A stretch of 64,000 bases of DNA from Minisyncoccota bacterium. GTDB taxonomy: Bacteria > Patescibacteriota > Minisyncoccia > Phycocordibacterales > UBA9973. This document shows positions 38,578 through 48,526 of the stretch, one piece after another. How positions within the stretch are numbered: the first letter of the stretch is position 1; each line of letters begins with the position of its first letter. The stretch covers positions 226,494-290,493 of the forward strand of contig JBAZSZ010000001.1 of NCBI GenBank assembly GCA_041662205.1, given 5' to 3'. The notes below the pieces were generated by a model. It searched no databases and was not told the DNA's origin. It worked only from the letters and a program-made list of their open reading frames with translations. A program made the position numbers and the translations under genes.

Positions 38578-39947
38578 GCTCTAATATAATTAAAAACGCC
38601 ATAAATCCTTTAGACGGAAGATATTTTGACAAGAATCGGGCTTTAGCGCCTTATTTTTCTGAAGAGGCTTTGATGAAATACAGGGTGATGGTGGAGGTAG
38701 AATATTTAATCGCTTTATCCGAGAATAAAATATTTCGTAAATTAGCGCCAAATGAAATAAAAATAATCAGAAATCTTTATGAAAAATTTGATAATATTTC
38801 ATATCAAAAAATAAAAGAAATAGAAGCCACGACGAATCATGATGTAAAGGCAGTTGAATATTTTATAAAAAAAGAACTTTCAGAAACATCTTTAAAAGAT
38901 ATTACTGAGTGGGTGCATTTTGCCCTTACTTCCGAGGATACAAATAATTTAGCTTACGGATTGATATTAAGCGAAGCTGTGGCAAAAGTTTTAACGCCTA
39001 AATTAAAAGAAATAAATAATGAACTTGAAATTTTAGCTAAACGCTATAAGAATTTACCCATGCTCGCTCGTACTCACGGCCAACCAGCCAGCCCTACAAC
39101 TTTCGGCAAAGAAATTAATGTATTTGCCTGCAGACTTGAACGAGGCTTAAGTCATCTACTCGGACAAAAAATAATGGTTAAAATGAATGGTGCTTCTGGA
39201 AATTACAACGCTCACACAGTAGCTTTTCCAAAAATTGACTGGTTAAGGTTTACTAAAAATTTCATTTTAGATTTAAATAGAAAATTAATTTTTAAACTTG
39301 AGCTAAGTGAAGTAACAACACAAATCGAACCCCATGATTCCTATATCGAACTATTTGACCGTTTTAAAAGAATGAACTATATGCTTGTCGACCTCAACCA
39401 AGACATTTGGAGATATATTTCTGATAATTGGATAACTCAAAAAGCCAAGGAAGGAGAAGTCGGTTCTTCTACTATGCCACATAAAATAAATCCGATTGAT
39501 TTTGAAAATAGCGAAGGAAATCTAGGCCTCGCAAATACACTTTTTGAATTTTTTGCTAGAAAATTACCAATTTCACGTCTTCAGCGTGATCTTTCGGACT
39601 CTACAGTAGAACGCTCTTTTGGAACAGCTTTTGGACATTCGTATTTAGCTTATACTTCACTTCTAAATGGATTAAGTAAAATCAACGTAAACGAAACAAA
39701 AATAAAAGAAGATTTAAATAATCATCCTGAAATAATCACTGAAGCTATCCAAACTATTCTCAGGCGTGAAGGTATAGCTATGCCATATGAGAAATTAAAA
39801 GAATTAACACGTGGCAAACAAGTTACCCTAGAAGATATTCATAATTTTATTAAAGCACTCAAAATTAACGACAAACTTAAAAAAGAACTTTTGGCAATTA
39901 CTCCTGAAAATTATATAGGTCTTGCTTCAAAACTCGCTTCAAAGTAA
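38574..39947 (+). CDS. purB: Adenylosuccinate lyase
   Basis: PLDGRY, HDVKAVEY, RTHGQ, GSSTMPHKINPIDFEN. Confidence 0.98.
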   Translation: MSSNIIKNAINPLDGRYFDKNRALAPYFSEEALMKYRVMVEVEYLIALSENKIFRKLAPNEIKIIRNLYEKFDNISYQKIKEIEATTNHDVKAVEYFIKKELSETSLKDITEWVHFALTSEDTNNLAYGLILSEAVAKVLTPKLKEINNELEILAKRYKNLPMLARTHGQPASPTTFGKEINVFACRLERGLSHLLGQKIMVKMNGASGNYNAHTVAFPKIDWLRFTKNFILDLNRKLIFKLELSEVTTQIEPHDSYIELFDRFKRMNYMLVDLNQDIWRYISDNWITQKAKEGEVGSSTMPHKINPIDFENSEGNLGLANTLFEFFARKLPISRLQRDLSDSTVERSFGTAFGHSYLAYTSLLNGLSKINVNETKIKEDLNNHPEIITEAIQTILRREGIAMPYEKLKELTRGKQVTLEDIHNFIKALKINDKLKKELLAITPENYIGLASKLASK

Positions 39948-39956
39948 GATAGGGGA

Positions 39957-40229
39957 ATGGTATATAGAATTTCAGCTTCCGTTTTACTTTTATTTTCTAT
40001 CCTTTTCTTACCATTTTGGATGTCGATCATTTTAGCGTTAGCTCTAATGATTTATTTTAATGTTTTTTTGGAAGCAATTGTTTTATTTCTTTTATCAGAT
40101 TTTCTTTTTGGAGTAAAAGAAGCAAAATTTCACAATATGATTTTTATTTCTTTTATTATTATAACTATCATTTTAATAATAATAGAAATTACAAAAAAGA
40201 AACTAAAATTCTATCCTAACCACACTTAA
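39957..40229 (+). CDS. Small membrane protein (position typical of mreD-like gene)
   Basis: Very hydrophobic, directly before PBP2. Confidence 0.65.
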   Translation: MVYRISASVLLLFSILFLPFWMSIILALALMIYFNVFLEAIVLFLLSDFLFGVKEAKFHNMIFISFIIITIILIIIEITKKKLKFYPNHT

Positions 40230-40263
40230 AGGGTGGTTGTGCGGTATGATTTCGTAAAATCAA

Positions 40264-41991
40264 ATGATCACAAGAATGATAAAAAAGAATAAATTAAAAC
40301 ATAAAAATTCCTTTGTCGAACCCGATGAAATTTTTCTTGATTCAAAAAATTTACAAAATTTTGATCGTCAGCAATTTGAGGGACGAATAGAAAGACCGAT
40401 CTTGAAAAAAACTATTATAATGCTAGGTATTTCATTTTTGTTTTTTACTGGAATTTTTGGCACTCGCCTAGTTTATCTTCAAATAGGAAAAGGAGAGGTA
40501 TATTTTAATCGAAGCCAAAACAATATGTTAGAAAAAACCATTATTTTTACTGATAGAGGGATAATTTACGACCGAAATAAAAAAGAATTAGTGTGGAATA
40601 AAAAAGAAGACTTAGGGGCTATTGTTTCTACAGAGGACTCAATTTCTAATCCTCCCACTCGAGCATATTTATCTCCAGGATTTTCACATCTTCTAGGCTA
40701 CGTGAGCTATCCATCACAAGATAAAACGGGAAATTATTGGCAAGGTGAATTTATAGGCAAAGATGGATTAGAAAAACAATATAATGACATACTGAAAGGT
40801 GAAAATGGAGCCAAAATAATAGAAACTGATGCCTTTAAAAAAATATATTCAGAAAATATTGTAGATACTCCAAAACAAGGAACAGACTTAGTGACAACAA
40901 TAGACGCGCGGATACAAGGGGAATTATTCAACCTTATTAAAAATCTATCAGTTGATAGAACTTTTGCCGGTGGAGGAGGAGTAATAATGGATACTACTAA
41001 CGGAGAAATAATAACTACTACGAGTTTCCCTGAATATAATTCGGAAGTTTTATCATTTGGAAAAGATGTATCAACAATAAACAATTATCTTACTGATAAA
41101 AGAAAAGTTTTTGTAGATAAAAATATCTCAGGACTCTATACTCCTGGATCAATCGTAAAACCTTTTTTTGCTTTAGGAGCTCTTGCTGAAGGTGTGATTG
41201 ATCCATATAAAAAAATCCTTTCAACGGGCTCTATTTCTATTCCTAATCCATATTTCAAAGATCAAAAAACTATTTTTAAAGACTGGCAAGTAAACGGCTG
41301 GACAAATATGATGGAGGCAATAGCTGTGTCTTCAGATATTTATTTTTATGAAATTGGAGGAGGATTTGAAAATCAAAAAGGACTTGGTATAACAAATATA
41401 GAAAAATATGCAAAACTTTTTGGCTTTGGGGATAAAACCGGAATAGATCTTCCGGACGAAAAAAAGGGAATAATCCCCAGCCCAGAGTGGAAAGCTTCAA
41501 ACTTCAAAAACGATTCTTGGCGCATTGGAGATACTTATCATACCGCCATCGGACAATATGGTTTTCAAGTAACTCCGATGGAAATGGCTAGAGCAGTGGG
41601 GGCTATTGCAAATAATGGCAAATTATTAACTCCACATTTGATATTAAATGATACTGAAAAAGAAAATCAAAATACTATAATAAATTTAGATAAAGAATAT
41701 TTTGATACTGTCCACCAAGGAATGAGGCTCGCTGTAACTGCTGGAACTGCTATCTCGCTCAATGTACCATATGTTCAGGCCGCTGCTAAAACTGGTACCG
41801 CCCAAGTCGGTCTAGCAAAAAATAAGATAAACTCTTGGATCATAGGTTTTTTCCCTTACGATAATCCTAAATACGCTTTTGCGATTATGATGGAAGCAGG
41901 ACCATCTATTACGGGAAGTGGCGCAGCTGCATCTATCATGCGTCAACTCCTTGACTGGATGTCTTTAAATACTCCTGAATACTTCCAATAA
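40264..41991 (+). CDS. mrdA: Class B penicillin-binding protein 2
   Basis: RGIIYDR, GSIVK (SxxK), SSD, KTGTAQ. Confidence 0.88.
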   Translation: MITRMIKKNKLKHKNSFVEPDEIFLDSKNLQNFDRQQFEGRIERPILKKTIIMLGISFLFFTGIFGTRLVYLQIGKGEVYFNRSQNNMLEKTIIFTDRGIIYDRNKKELVWNKKEDLGAIVSTEDSISNPPTRAYLSPGFSHLLGYVSYPSQDKTGNYWQGEFIGKDGLEKQYNDILKGENGAKIIETDAFKKIYSENIVDTPKQGTDLVTTIDARIQGELFNLIKNLSVDRTFAGGGGVIMDTTNGEIITTTSFPEYNSEVLSFGKDVSTINNYLTDKRKVFVDKNISGLYTPGSIVKPFFALGALAEGVIDPYKKILSTGSISIPNPYFKDQKTIFKDWQVNGWTNMMEAIAVSSDIYFYEIGGGFENQKGLGITNIEKYAKLFGFGDKTGIDLPDEKKGIIPSPEWKASNFKNDSWRIGDTYHTAIGQYGFQVTPMEMARAVGAIANNGKLLTPHLILNDTEKENQNTIINLDKEYFDTVHQGMRLAVTAGTAISLNVPYVQAAAKTGTAQVGLAKNKINSWIIGFFPYDNPKYAFAIMMEAGPSITGSGAAASIMRQLLDWMSLNTPEYFQ

Positions 41992-42017
41992 ATGGTTTTA
42001 TGTTGTACTATATAAGC

Positions 42018-42995
42018 ATGTTTTCTTGGCTAAAAAAGCATTTTATACCGCATGAGGGGAATGAACATCGTCCCCATATATTACGTAGTGAAAATATCCG
42101 TAAGATTGTTGTTTTAATTATTTTTTTAGAAATAATAACTTTTCTTTTACCGACATTCACTCACGTTAATACGACAGGGAATATGGCGACAGTTTTACCT
42201 GCAGTCTTGGCGGGCCTTACTAATGTTGAACGACAATCACAAAATCTTCCTGTGCTTACTGAAAGTCCAATCTTAAACAAGGCGGCAGAAATGAAAGCAG
42301 AAGATATGGCCACAAAAAGTTATTTTGCCCACACTAGCCCAGAAGGAAAAACTCCTTGGTATTGGCTCACCCAAGTTGAATATAAATATCAATACGCCGG
42401 TGAAAATTTAGCAATCAATTTTAGTGATTCAAGAGATGTCACCAATGCGTGGATGGCAAGTCCTACTCATAAAGCGAATATTGTAAAAGGAAATTATACT
42501 GAAATAGGTACTGGTGTTGCGCGTGGTATCTATGAAGGCAAAGAAACGATATTCGTAGCACAAGTCTATGCCAATCCTTTACCTAAAGAAATAAGTCAAA
42601 TTCAACCTAAGAAAATAATAACTGAACCAAAAACAACACCTAAAATTGTAAGCATAGAAAAACCCACAAATGTTCTTGGAACAGAAACGATCGTAACTAC
42701 CGAAAACATCCCTGATACTCAGAGTATTTCACTAAATCCCATTCAAAATCCTACCTTCTGGCAGAAATTATTGGCTTCTCCTCGTAATACGATAAATATA
42801 ATTCTTTATATTATTTTGGGAACAATCCTTATAGCATTACTCCTCTATGTCATTTTTAAAATAGAAAATTATCATCTCGACCTAATAACAAATGGATTAA
42901 TTGTCTTCGCTATCATCGGAGCAATTTTTACTACAAATTATTATTTAAGTCATCACAATATGGTAATCACTCAAAGTTTAGATTATTCAATTTAA
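42018..42995 (+). CDS. CAP/SCP-domain membrane protein
   Basis: YFAHTSP, AGENLA, WMASPTHKANI. Confidence 0.9.
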   Translation: MFSWLKKHFIPHEGNEHRPHILRSENIRKIVVLIIFLEIITFLLPTFTHVNTTGNMATVLPAVLAGLTNVERQSQNLPVLTESPILNKAAEMKAEDMATKSYFAHTSPEGKTPWYWLTQVEYKYQYAGENLAINFSDSRDVTNAWMASPTHKANIVKGNYTEIGTGVARGIYEGKETIFVAQVYANPLPKEISQIQPKKIITEPKTTPKIVSIEKPTNVLGTETIVTTENIPDTQSISLNPIQNPTFWQKLLASPRNTINIILYIILGTILIALLLYVIFKIENYHLDLITNGLIVFAIIGAIFTTNYYLSHHNMVITQSLDYSI

Positions 42996-43026
42996 AACTA
43001 GACCTATTTGTGTTACAATTAGAATA

Positions 43027-43803
43027 ATGAAGAAATATATTTTTACATTACTTTTTCTTTTTGCTTTACTGATATTTTCCTTGGTTTTTTACTATAAATT
43101 TGATCCATCTGTGCTCACCAGACTTTCTTTTTATATGAGTTTGGCGAATCCTTCTATGCGCATCGTTAAGGTAGAAGAAGGTCTACGTAAAGAAGAGGTG
43201 GCGCAAGTAGTTGCAAATAAACTTGGTTGGAATACACAAGAAAAAGAGGATTTTATAAAAAGTGCAAATGTTGAAGGATATTTTTTCCCAAAAACTTATT
43301 TAATTTACAAGGATGATAATCCATCTACGGTTAAAACGACCATGCTTGATGAATTCAATAAACAAGTGAGTAAAGTTAAAAAACCAAAATCAAAACAAAC
43401 AATAAACGAAGATACTGCTATTAAAATCGCTTCTATCATTCAGCGTGAAGCAGCCGGCAAGAAAGATATGAATTTAATCTCAGGAATAATCTGGAATCGT
43501 ATTTTCAACGGTATGAAACTGCAAATAGATGCGACTCTGCAATATGCAAAAGGTAGTGAAGAAAATGGTTGGTGGCAACAAGTTGATTCTAAAGACAAAA
43601 AAATTGATTCTTCTTATAATACTTATCTGCATGCTGGATTACCACCTGGACCCATCGCTAGTCCTGGACTCGCTGCTATTTCTGCCGCTTATAATCCGCA
43701 AAAAACAAAATGTCTATTTTATTTACACGATAAAAACAGAAAAATTCACTGTACATCAACCTACGAAGAGCATAAAAAAAATATCGAAACTTACCTTAAA
43801 TAA
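43027..43803 (+). CDS. mltG: Endolytic transglycosylase MltG
   Basis: EGYFFPKTY, IASIIQRE, LQIDAT, YNTY..GLPPGPI. Confidence 0.92.
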   Translation: MKKYIFTLLFLFALLIFSLVFYYKFDPSVLTRLSFYMSLANPSMRIVKVEEGLRKEEVAQVVANKLGWNTQEKEDFIKSANVEGYFFPKTYLIYKDDNPSTVKTTMLDEFNKQVSKVKKPKSKQTINEDTAIKIASIIQREAAGKKDMNLISGIIWNRIFNGMKLQIDATLQYAKGSEENGWWQQVDSKDKKIDSSYNTYLHAGLPPGPIASPGLAAISAAYNPQKTKCLFYLHDKNRKIHCTSTYEEHKKNIETYLK

Positions 43804-43853
43804 AGAAAAGAACTAGCTTGCATATATTAGTCCTTTATTGATACAATATACCT

Positions 43854-44072
43854 ATGCAAAAGGCACGTATATTTTTAATTTTGGGTATTTGGATAACCAT
43901 ATTGCCATATTTAGGTTTCCCATATTCTTGGAAAGATATTCTAACAACTCTTTCTGGACTTGGAATTATTTTTGGAAGTTATTTATTGTATAAGGAATCT
44001 AAAAAAGAAGGGATAGGGAAAGGAAAAACTTTTGATAATTTTAGAGAGAATGAATTTAAAGGTGGAGAATAA
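43854..44072 (+). CDS. Small membrane protein
   Basis: LGIW...LPYLGFPYSWK; TACAAT just upstream. Confidence 0.7.
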   Translation: MQKARIFLILGIWITILPYLGFPYSWKDILTTLSGLGIIFGSYLLYKESKKEGIGKGKTFDNFRENEFKGGE

Positions 44073-44092
44073 AAATAATAAATATTAATTTA

Positions 44093-45331
44093 ATGCAAAA
44101 TTTTTTTGATTTTCTAAAAGCAAAACGTGTCACTACTATTATTTTAATAGTTTTTTTATTTATCACTACTTTTTTAGGAGGCGTATATGTTGGTGATTCC
44201 AATCGACCAGAAATAGATAAGGTTTTAGGTATTTCTAATAAAGAAACAGAGATCGCGATAAAAACCGACTTTTCCCCATTTTGGAAGGTCTGGAATACTA
44301 TTAATGAAAAAAATCCATCCGCCAGCAGTGTAACTGACCAGGACAAGATATATGGGGCAATTGGAGGGCTTGTAAGCTCATTAAATGACCCTTACAGTGT
44401 GTTTTTCAACCCAGATGAGACGAAGTCCTTTGAAGAAGAAATCGCTGGTAATTTTGATGGTATTGGCATGGAGGTAGGCATAAAAGACAAAATACTCACC
44501 GTCATCGCACCACTTAAAGATACTCCTGCTTATAAAGCGAACATAAAGTCTGGTGATAAAATTCTTAAAATTAATGAAAAAGTTACTTCCGATTTAAGTA
44601 TAGAAGAAGCAATTAAATTAATACGAGGACCAAAAGGAACAACTGTCACACTTACAATTTTTAGAGAGGGAAGTCAAAAACCAGAAGAAATAAAAATAGT
44701 GCGAGATACCATTAATATACCGACTTTAGATACAGAGCTAAGAAAAGATGGAATTTTTGTAATTAAACTCTATAGTTTTTCAGCCAATTCTGCCAATCTT
44801 TTCAGGAACGCAATGAAACAATTTGCCGAATCTGGAACAGACAAGCTTTTACTTGATTTAAGAGGAAATCCTGGGGGATATTTAGATGCATCAGTAGACA
44901 TGGCGAGCTGGTTCTTACCTGAAAGAAAAACTGTCGTAATCGAAGACTATGGCAATAACAAAACAGCCAAGACATTTCGAAGTAAAGGTTATAATATTTT
45001 CAATGACAAATTAAAATTTATAATTTTAATAGATGACGGTTCAGCTTCAGCTTCTGAGATTCTTGCGGGCGCCTTACAAGACAATGGACGAGCAAAATTA
45101 GTAGGAAGTAGAAGTTTCGGTAAGGGATCAGTACAAGAAGTCGTCAATGTAACTCCTAACACGATTTTAAAAATTACTGTAGCAAAATGGCTCACCCCTA
45201 ATGGAACTTCTATTTCTGAAAAAGGTTTAACCCCTGATTACCCTGTAGAAATTACTCAAAAAGATTTAGATGCAAAAATAGATTCACAATTAAATAAAGC
45301 TGTACAATTATTATTATCGCCCAGCAACTAA
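44093..45331 (+). CDS. ctpA: S41 carboxyl-terminal processing protease
   Basis: PDZ domain, DLRGNPGG, SASASEI, FGKGSVQ. Confidence 0.95.
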   Translation: MQNFFDFLKAKRVTTIILIVFLFITTFLGGVYVGDSNRPEIDKVLGISNKETEIAIKTDFSPFWKVWNTINEKNPSASSVTDQDKIYGAIGGLVSSLNDPYSVFFNPDETKSFEEEIAGNFDGIGMEVGIKDKILTVIAPLKDTPAYKANIKSGDKILKINEKVTSDLSIEEAIKLIRGPKGTTVTLTIFREGSQKPEEIKIVRDTINIPTLDTELRKDGIFVIKLYSFSANSANLFRNAMKQFAESGTDKLLLDLRGNPGGYLDASVDMASWFLPERKTVVIEDYGNNKTAKTFRSKGYNIFNDKLKFIILIDDGSASASEILAGALQDNGRAKLVGSRSFGKGSVQEVVNVTPNTILKITVAKWLTPNGTSISEKGLTPDYPVEITQKDLDAKIDSQLNKAVQLLLSPSN

Positions 45332-45349
45332 AAGCTTAATATCTAATTT

Positions 45350-45793
45350 ATGAAAGTCATCTTTTTACAAGACGTCCCAAGGGTAGGGAGAAGGCATGAT
45401 ACAAAAGAAGTGAATGACGGTTATGCCTTAAATTTTCTGATTCCTAGAAAGCTAGCTGAAATGGCCACTCCCACTACAATTGCTTTACTCGAGACAAGAA
45501 TGAAAAATATTAAAATAGAAAGAGAGATGCAAGAAGATCTTTTGTTAAAAAATTTAGAAAAAATAAAAGGAAAAGTCATCACCATAAAAGCCAAGGCAGA
45601 TGAGAAAGGGCATTTATTCTCTGGAATAAAAAATAAAGAAATTATAAAAGAAATGAAGGCTCAACATAACGCTGAGCTTAGTGAAGAATCTATCGTTTTA
45701 GAAAAACCAATTAAAGAAATAGGGGAGTTTGAAATCCCTATTTCTATTCAAGGCAAAAAATCTTCTTTTAAGTTAATGATAGAGAAAGCTTAG
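45350..45793 (+). CDS. rplI: 50S ribosomal protein L9
   Basis: MKVIFLQDV...VNDGYALNFLIP, GHLFSG. Confidence 0.96.
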   Translation: MKVIFLQDVPRVGRRHDTKEVNDGYALNFLIPRKLAEMATPTTIALLETRMKNIKIEREMQEDLLLKNLEKIKGKVITIKAKADEKGHLFSGIKNKEIIKEMKAQHNAELSEESIVLEKPIKEIGEFEIPISIQGKKSSFKLMIEKA

Positions 45794-45794
45794 C

Positions 45795-46067
45795 TTACAC
45801 TACATTAACTACTTTTTTAACTGCTGTTTTGCCGTTAAAGGAAGTTTTACGTTTTATACCAAATTTAACTATACCGTCTTTTAGAGCGAAAAGGGTATGA
45901 TCCTTGCCTGCAGAAACGTTTGTACCAGCCATAATAGCTGTACCACGCTGACGAACGATAATAGAGCCAGATTGAGCCTTTTGGCCGTCAGTAAGCTTTA
46001 TTCCAAGGTATTGTGGATTAGAATCTCTTAAGTTTTTCGCGGTTCCGCCCGCTTTTCTATGTGCCAT
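45795..46067 (-). CDS. rpmA: 50S ribosomal protein L27
   Basis: [20 protein letters not shown]. Confidence 0.98.
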   Translation of the reverse strand: MAHRKAGGTAKNLRDSNPQYLGIKLTDGQKAQSGSIIVRQRGTAIMAGTNVSAGKDHTLFALKDGIVKFGIKRKTSFNGKTAVKKVVNVV

Positions 46068-46188
46068 AAAATACAGTATAATTTATTTTATTAAAAAAAT
46101 CAAGTTATTTCTTTAAAAATACGATACATTGATAATAAATTATCAATCACATATAATGTAAAAATGCTTGGAGAAATCGAAAATTTTT

Positions 46189-46581
46189 ATGGAAAAAATT
46201 AAGCAATTTTTTAATGTAACTATTCAAAGTGAAAAAGGAAAAGATATCCTAATAGTTGTCATCGTAATTTTAGTAGGCCTAGGCTCATTTGAACTAGGTA
46301 GACTATCAAAAGAAAACACCTCTAAGGGCATAAAAATTGAATATTCAGACCAAAATACATCGCAGGCGAGTGCTAATGCAATTTCAACAATTTCGGATTT
46401 TCAACGTCCGAATTCTGATAATTTTTCAGGTAAAACTTTTTTTGCCTCTAGAAAGGGAAGTAAATATTATTCTTTAGGATGTTCTGCTGGTAAAACTATA
46501 AAACAAGAAAATAGAGTTTACTTTACGACAGGGGAAGAGGCAGAAGTAGCCGGCTATGCGCTTTCTAGCTCATGTAGATAA
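46189..46581 (+). CDS. Membrane-anchored protein with Ada-metal-binding-like C-terminus
   Basis: SFELGRLS, ASRKGSKYY..GC, EEAE.AGY...C. Confidence 0.75.
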   Translation: MEKIKQFFNVTIQSEKGKDILIVVIVILVGLGSFELGRLSKENTSKGIKIEYSDQNTSQASANAISTISDFQRPNSDNFSGKTFFASRKGSKYYSLGCSAGKTIKQENRVYFTTGEEAEVAGYALSSSCR

Positions 46582-46667
46582 TATATACTTGTGTCGCACA
46601 ATATATGTTTGCGGTATGTTGTTTATTATATATAGATAAAAACTATACAGAAGGACTGCCCCGACTT

Positions 46668-46991
46668 TTACTGAATTTTTAGATTATTAACTGCGTTGTC
46701 AAAATCGGTGGGCTTTCCATCACGCATATTTTCCATATTTGAAATAAAATCTTTCCAAATAATATTTACCAAAACATCATTCCAAAAAAAAGATATCGGT
46801 TTTGCAAAATAAGTGCTCCATACTCTTTTTGCCTCTCCCCTAACATAGTTTACATTTTCTTGTCCTGCGGGACTTTCTACGACAGACTTGATGCTAATAT
46901 GAAAATAGCTAAGAATCAAAATAAGAATAAATCCAAAAACAAGAACTCCTAGGATGCTTATTCCATCTTGTTTGTTGTTTTTGTTTTTCAT
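46668..46991 (-). CDS. Hypothetical protein with prepilin-like N-terminus
   Basis: Basic leader KQDG then hydrophobic helix. Confidence 0.7.
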   Translation of the reverse strand: MKNKNNKQDGISILGVLVFGFILILILSYFHISIKSVVESPAGQENVNYVRGEAKRVWSTYFAKPISFFWNDVLVNIIWKDFISNMENMRDGKPTDFDNAVNNLKIQ

Positions 46992-46999
46992 AAAATGAT

Positions 47000-47167
47000 T
47001 TATTTTAAAACACTTCTAAAAATTGAGATGAACCAATCGAAAACCCCAGAAACAGTTATTCCAAAATATTTCATTATAAGCAAAGCCAAAACAATAAGAA
47101 TTATTATCTGCAAAAAACCACTTTGCTTTCCACCACGACGGGTAAAATTTTTTATTTCATTTTTCAT
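47000..47167 (-). CDS. Small prepilin-like membrane protein (absent from ORF track)
   Basis: Hand-translated MKNEIKNFTRRGGKQSGFLQIIILIVLALLIMKYFGITVSGVFDWFISIFRSVLK. Confidence 0.65.
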   Translation of the reverse strand: MKNEIKNFTRRGGKQSGFLQIIILIVLALLIMKYFGITVSGVFDWFISIFRSVLK

Positions 47168-47224
47168 ACTTATATTTTACCATACTAAATTTAGTTAAGG
47201 CAATAAATATTTGCATATCAAGGG

Positions 47225-48526
47225 TCACTTAAACATGCTTGAATTAGTTGAGGGTAAATAATACATTGGATCAAGATAAGCGTTTGTAGGCGCGATAGGT
47301 TGAGTCAAGGATTTTCCAGGACAAGACTTACTTGGAAGATTCTTTACCTCAGCTGCGTTAGGGGCATAAACAGAGACATGTAAATGCGGACCTGTAGAAT
47401 AACCTGTATTACCACTATAAGCCACCACCGTACCTCTCGCTACTCTTTCCCCCACGTTTGCTTTGATTAAGGATAGATGCCCAAAAGCACTAGATAAGCC
47501 ATTATCATATTTAATAAAAACAAATTTACCGAAAGAAGCACCTGGGCACTGTACATCCGTATCTCCAATACCTGCTACCACGCCAGCAGCCATGGCTTTG
47601 ACTGGTGTGCCTACGGAAGCACGAAAGTCTACTCCACCATGAGAACCAGACACATAAAGTCTTTTTGAATCAACTGTTTTCCCAAAAAGCTGAGTGATAA
47701 ATACATAATCAAGAGGCCAAGAAAATACCCCAGCATTCGGTAGTTTTGAGGGATCTAAAATATATTTTAATTGGGATTCATAATCTCGCAATTCTTTTTC
47801 AATTGCATTTTTTTGAGCAAGCTTATCTTTTAAAATTTTCTGATAATTAGCCTCGCTATTTTTTGTTTGCGCTAAAAGCTTACTCTTTTCTTTTGTATTT
47901 TGCGCCACTATCTTTTGCTGATCTGAAAGTTTAGATTTAAGTTTTGAAAGTTCATTTTTTGCGTCAATTGTAACCTTTCTTGTATCTTCCAAAATCCCTT
48001 TCGTTTGTTTGAGTACTATTATATCCGCTCTGAGTCTTTCACGAATAGTGACTATATTATCTATATCATTCCAAATCACACTCATATCATTACTAGATAA
48101 CATATTTTCTACTAAACTAGTCTGTTCAAATTCTTCTATATTTTTAATTTCAAATTTAATAGAATTTATATTATTTTCAATAGAATCTTCTTTATTACTT
48201 ATGTCTGAACTTAAATTTTGTATGGTAAAATTTGTTTTATCAATTTTTTTCTGAGTAATAGTGATATCTGCATTTAATTTTTTTTTATTTAAATCAAGGG
48301 CTTTTAAGGAACTATTTAGAGAACTCTTTTGTTGCCCTAAGTTATCGAGCTGTGATTGATAAATAGCTATTTCTTGTTCTATTTTTTTTATATCAGCATC
48401 CTTTTGATTGATCTGGCTTTGAATTTCAGCAGCCGTTTGAGCATAAGAAAAAGCAATGGGGATTACCAGTAAAATTATTAACAATAATATCTTAAATTGC
48501 TTTTTGTAGTCGTAATAAAGTTTCAT
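47225..48526 (-). CDS. Coiled-coil M23 peptidase (EnvC/CwlO-like)
   Basis: Coiled coil, HGGVD, GYSTGPHLH. Confidence 0.92.
   Translation of the reverse strand: MKLYYDYKKQFKILLLIILLVIPIAFSYAQTAAEIQSQINQKDADIKKIEQEIAIYQSQLDNLGQQKSSLNSSLKALDLNKKKLNADITITQKKIDKTNFTIQNLSSDISNKEDSIENNINSIKFEIKNIEEFEQTSLVENMLSSNDMSVIWNDIDNIVTIRERLRADIIVLKQTKGILEDTRKVTIDAKNELSKLKSKLSDQQKIVAQNTKEKSKLLAQTKNSEANYQKILKDKLAQKNAIEKELRDYESQLKYILDPSKLPNAGVFSWPLDYVFITQLFGKTVDSKRLYVSGSHGGVDFRASVGTPVKAMAAGVVAGIGDTDVQCPGASFGKFVFIKYDNGLSSAFGHLSLIKANVGERVARGTVVAYSGNTGYSTGPHLHVSVYAPNAAEVKNLPSKSCPGKSLTQPIAPTNAYLDPMYYLPSTNSSMFK

Noticed and set aside
46968-47198. Track ORF on + strand
   Set aside because: Antisense to a more plausible minus-strand membrane ORF (47000-47167)
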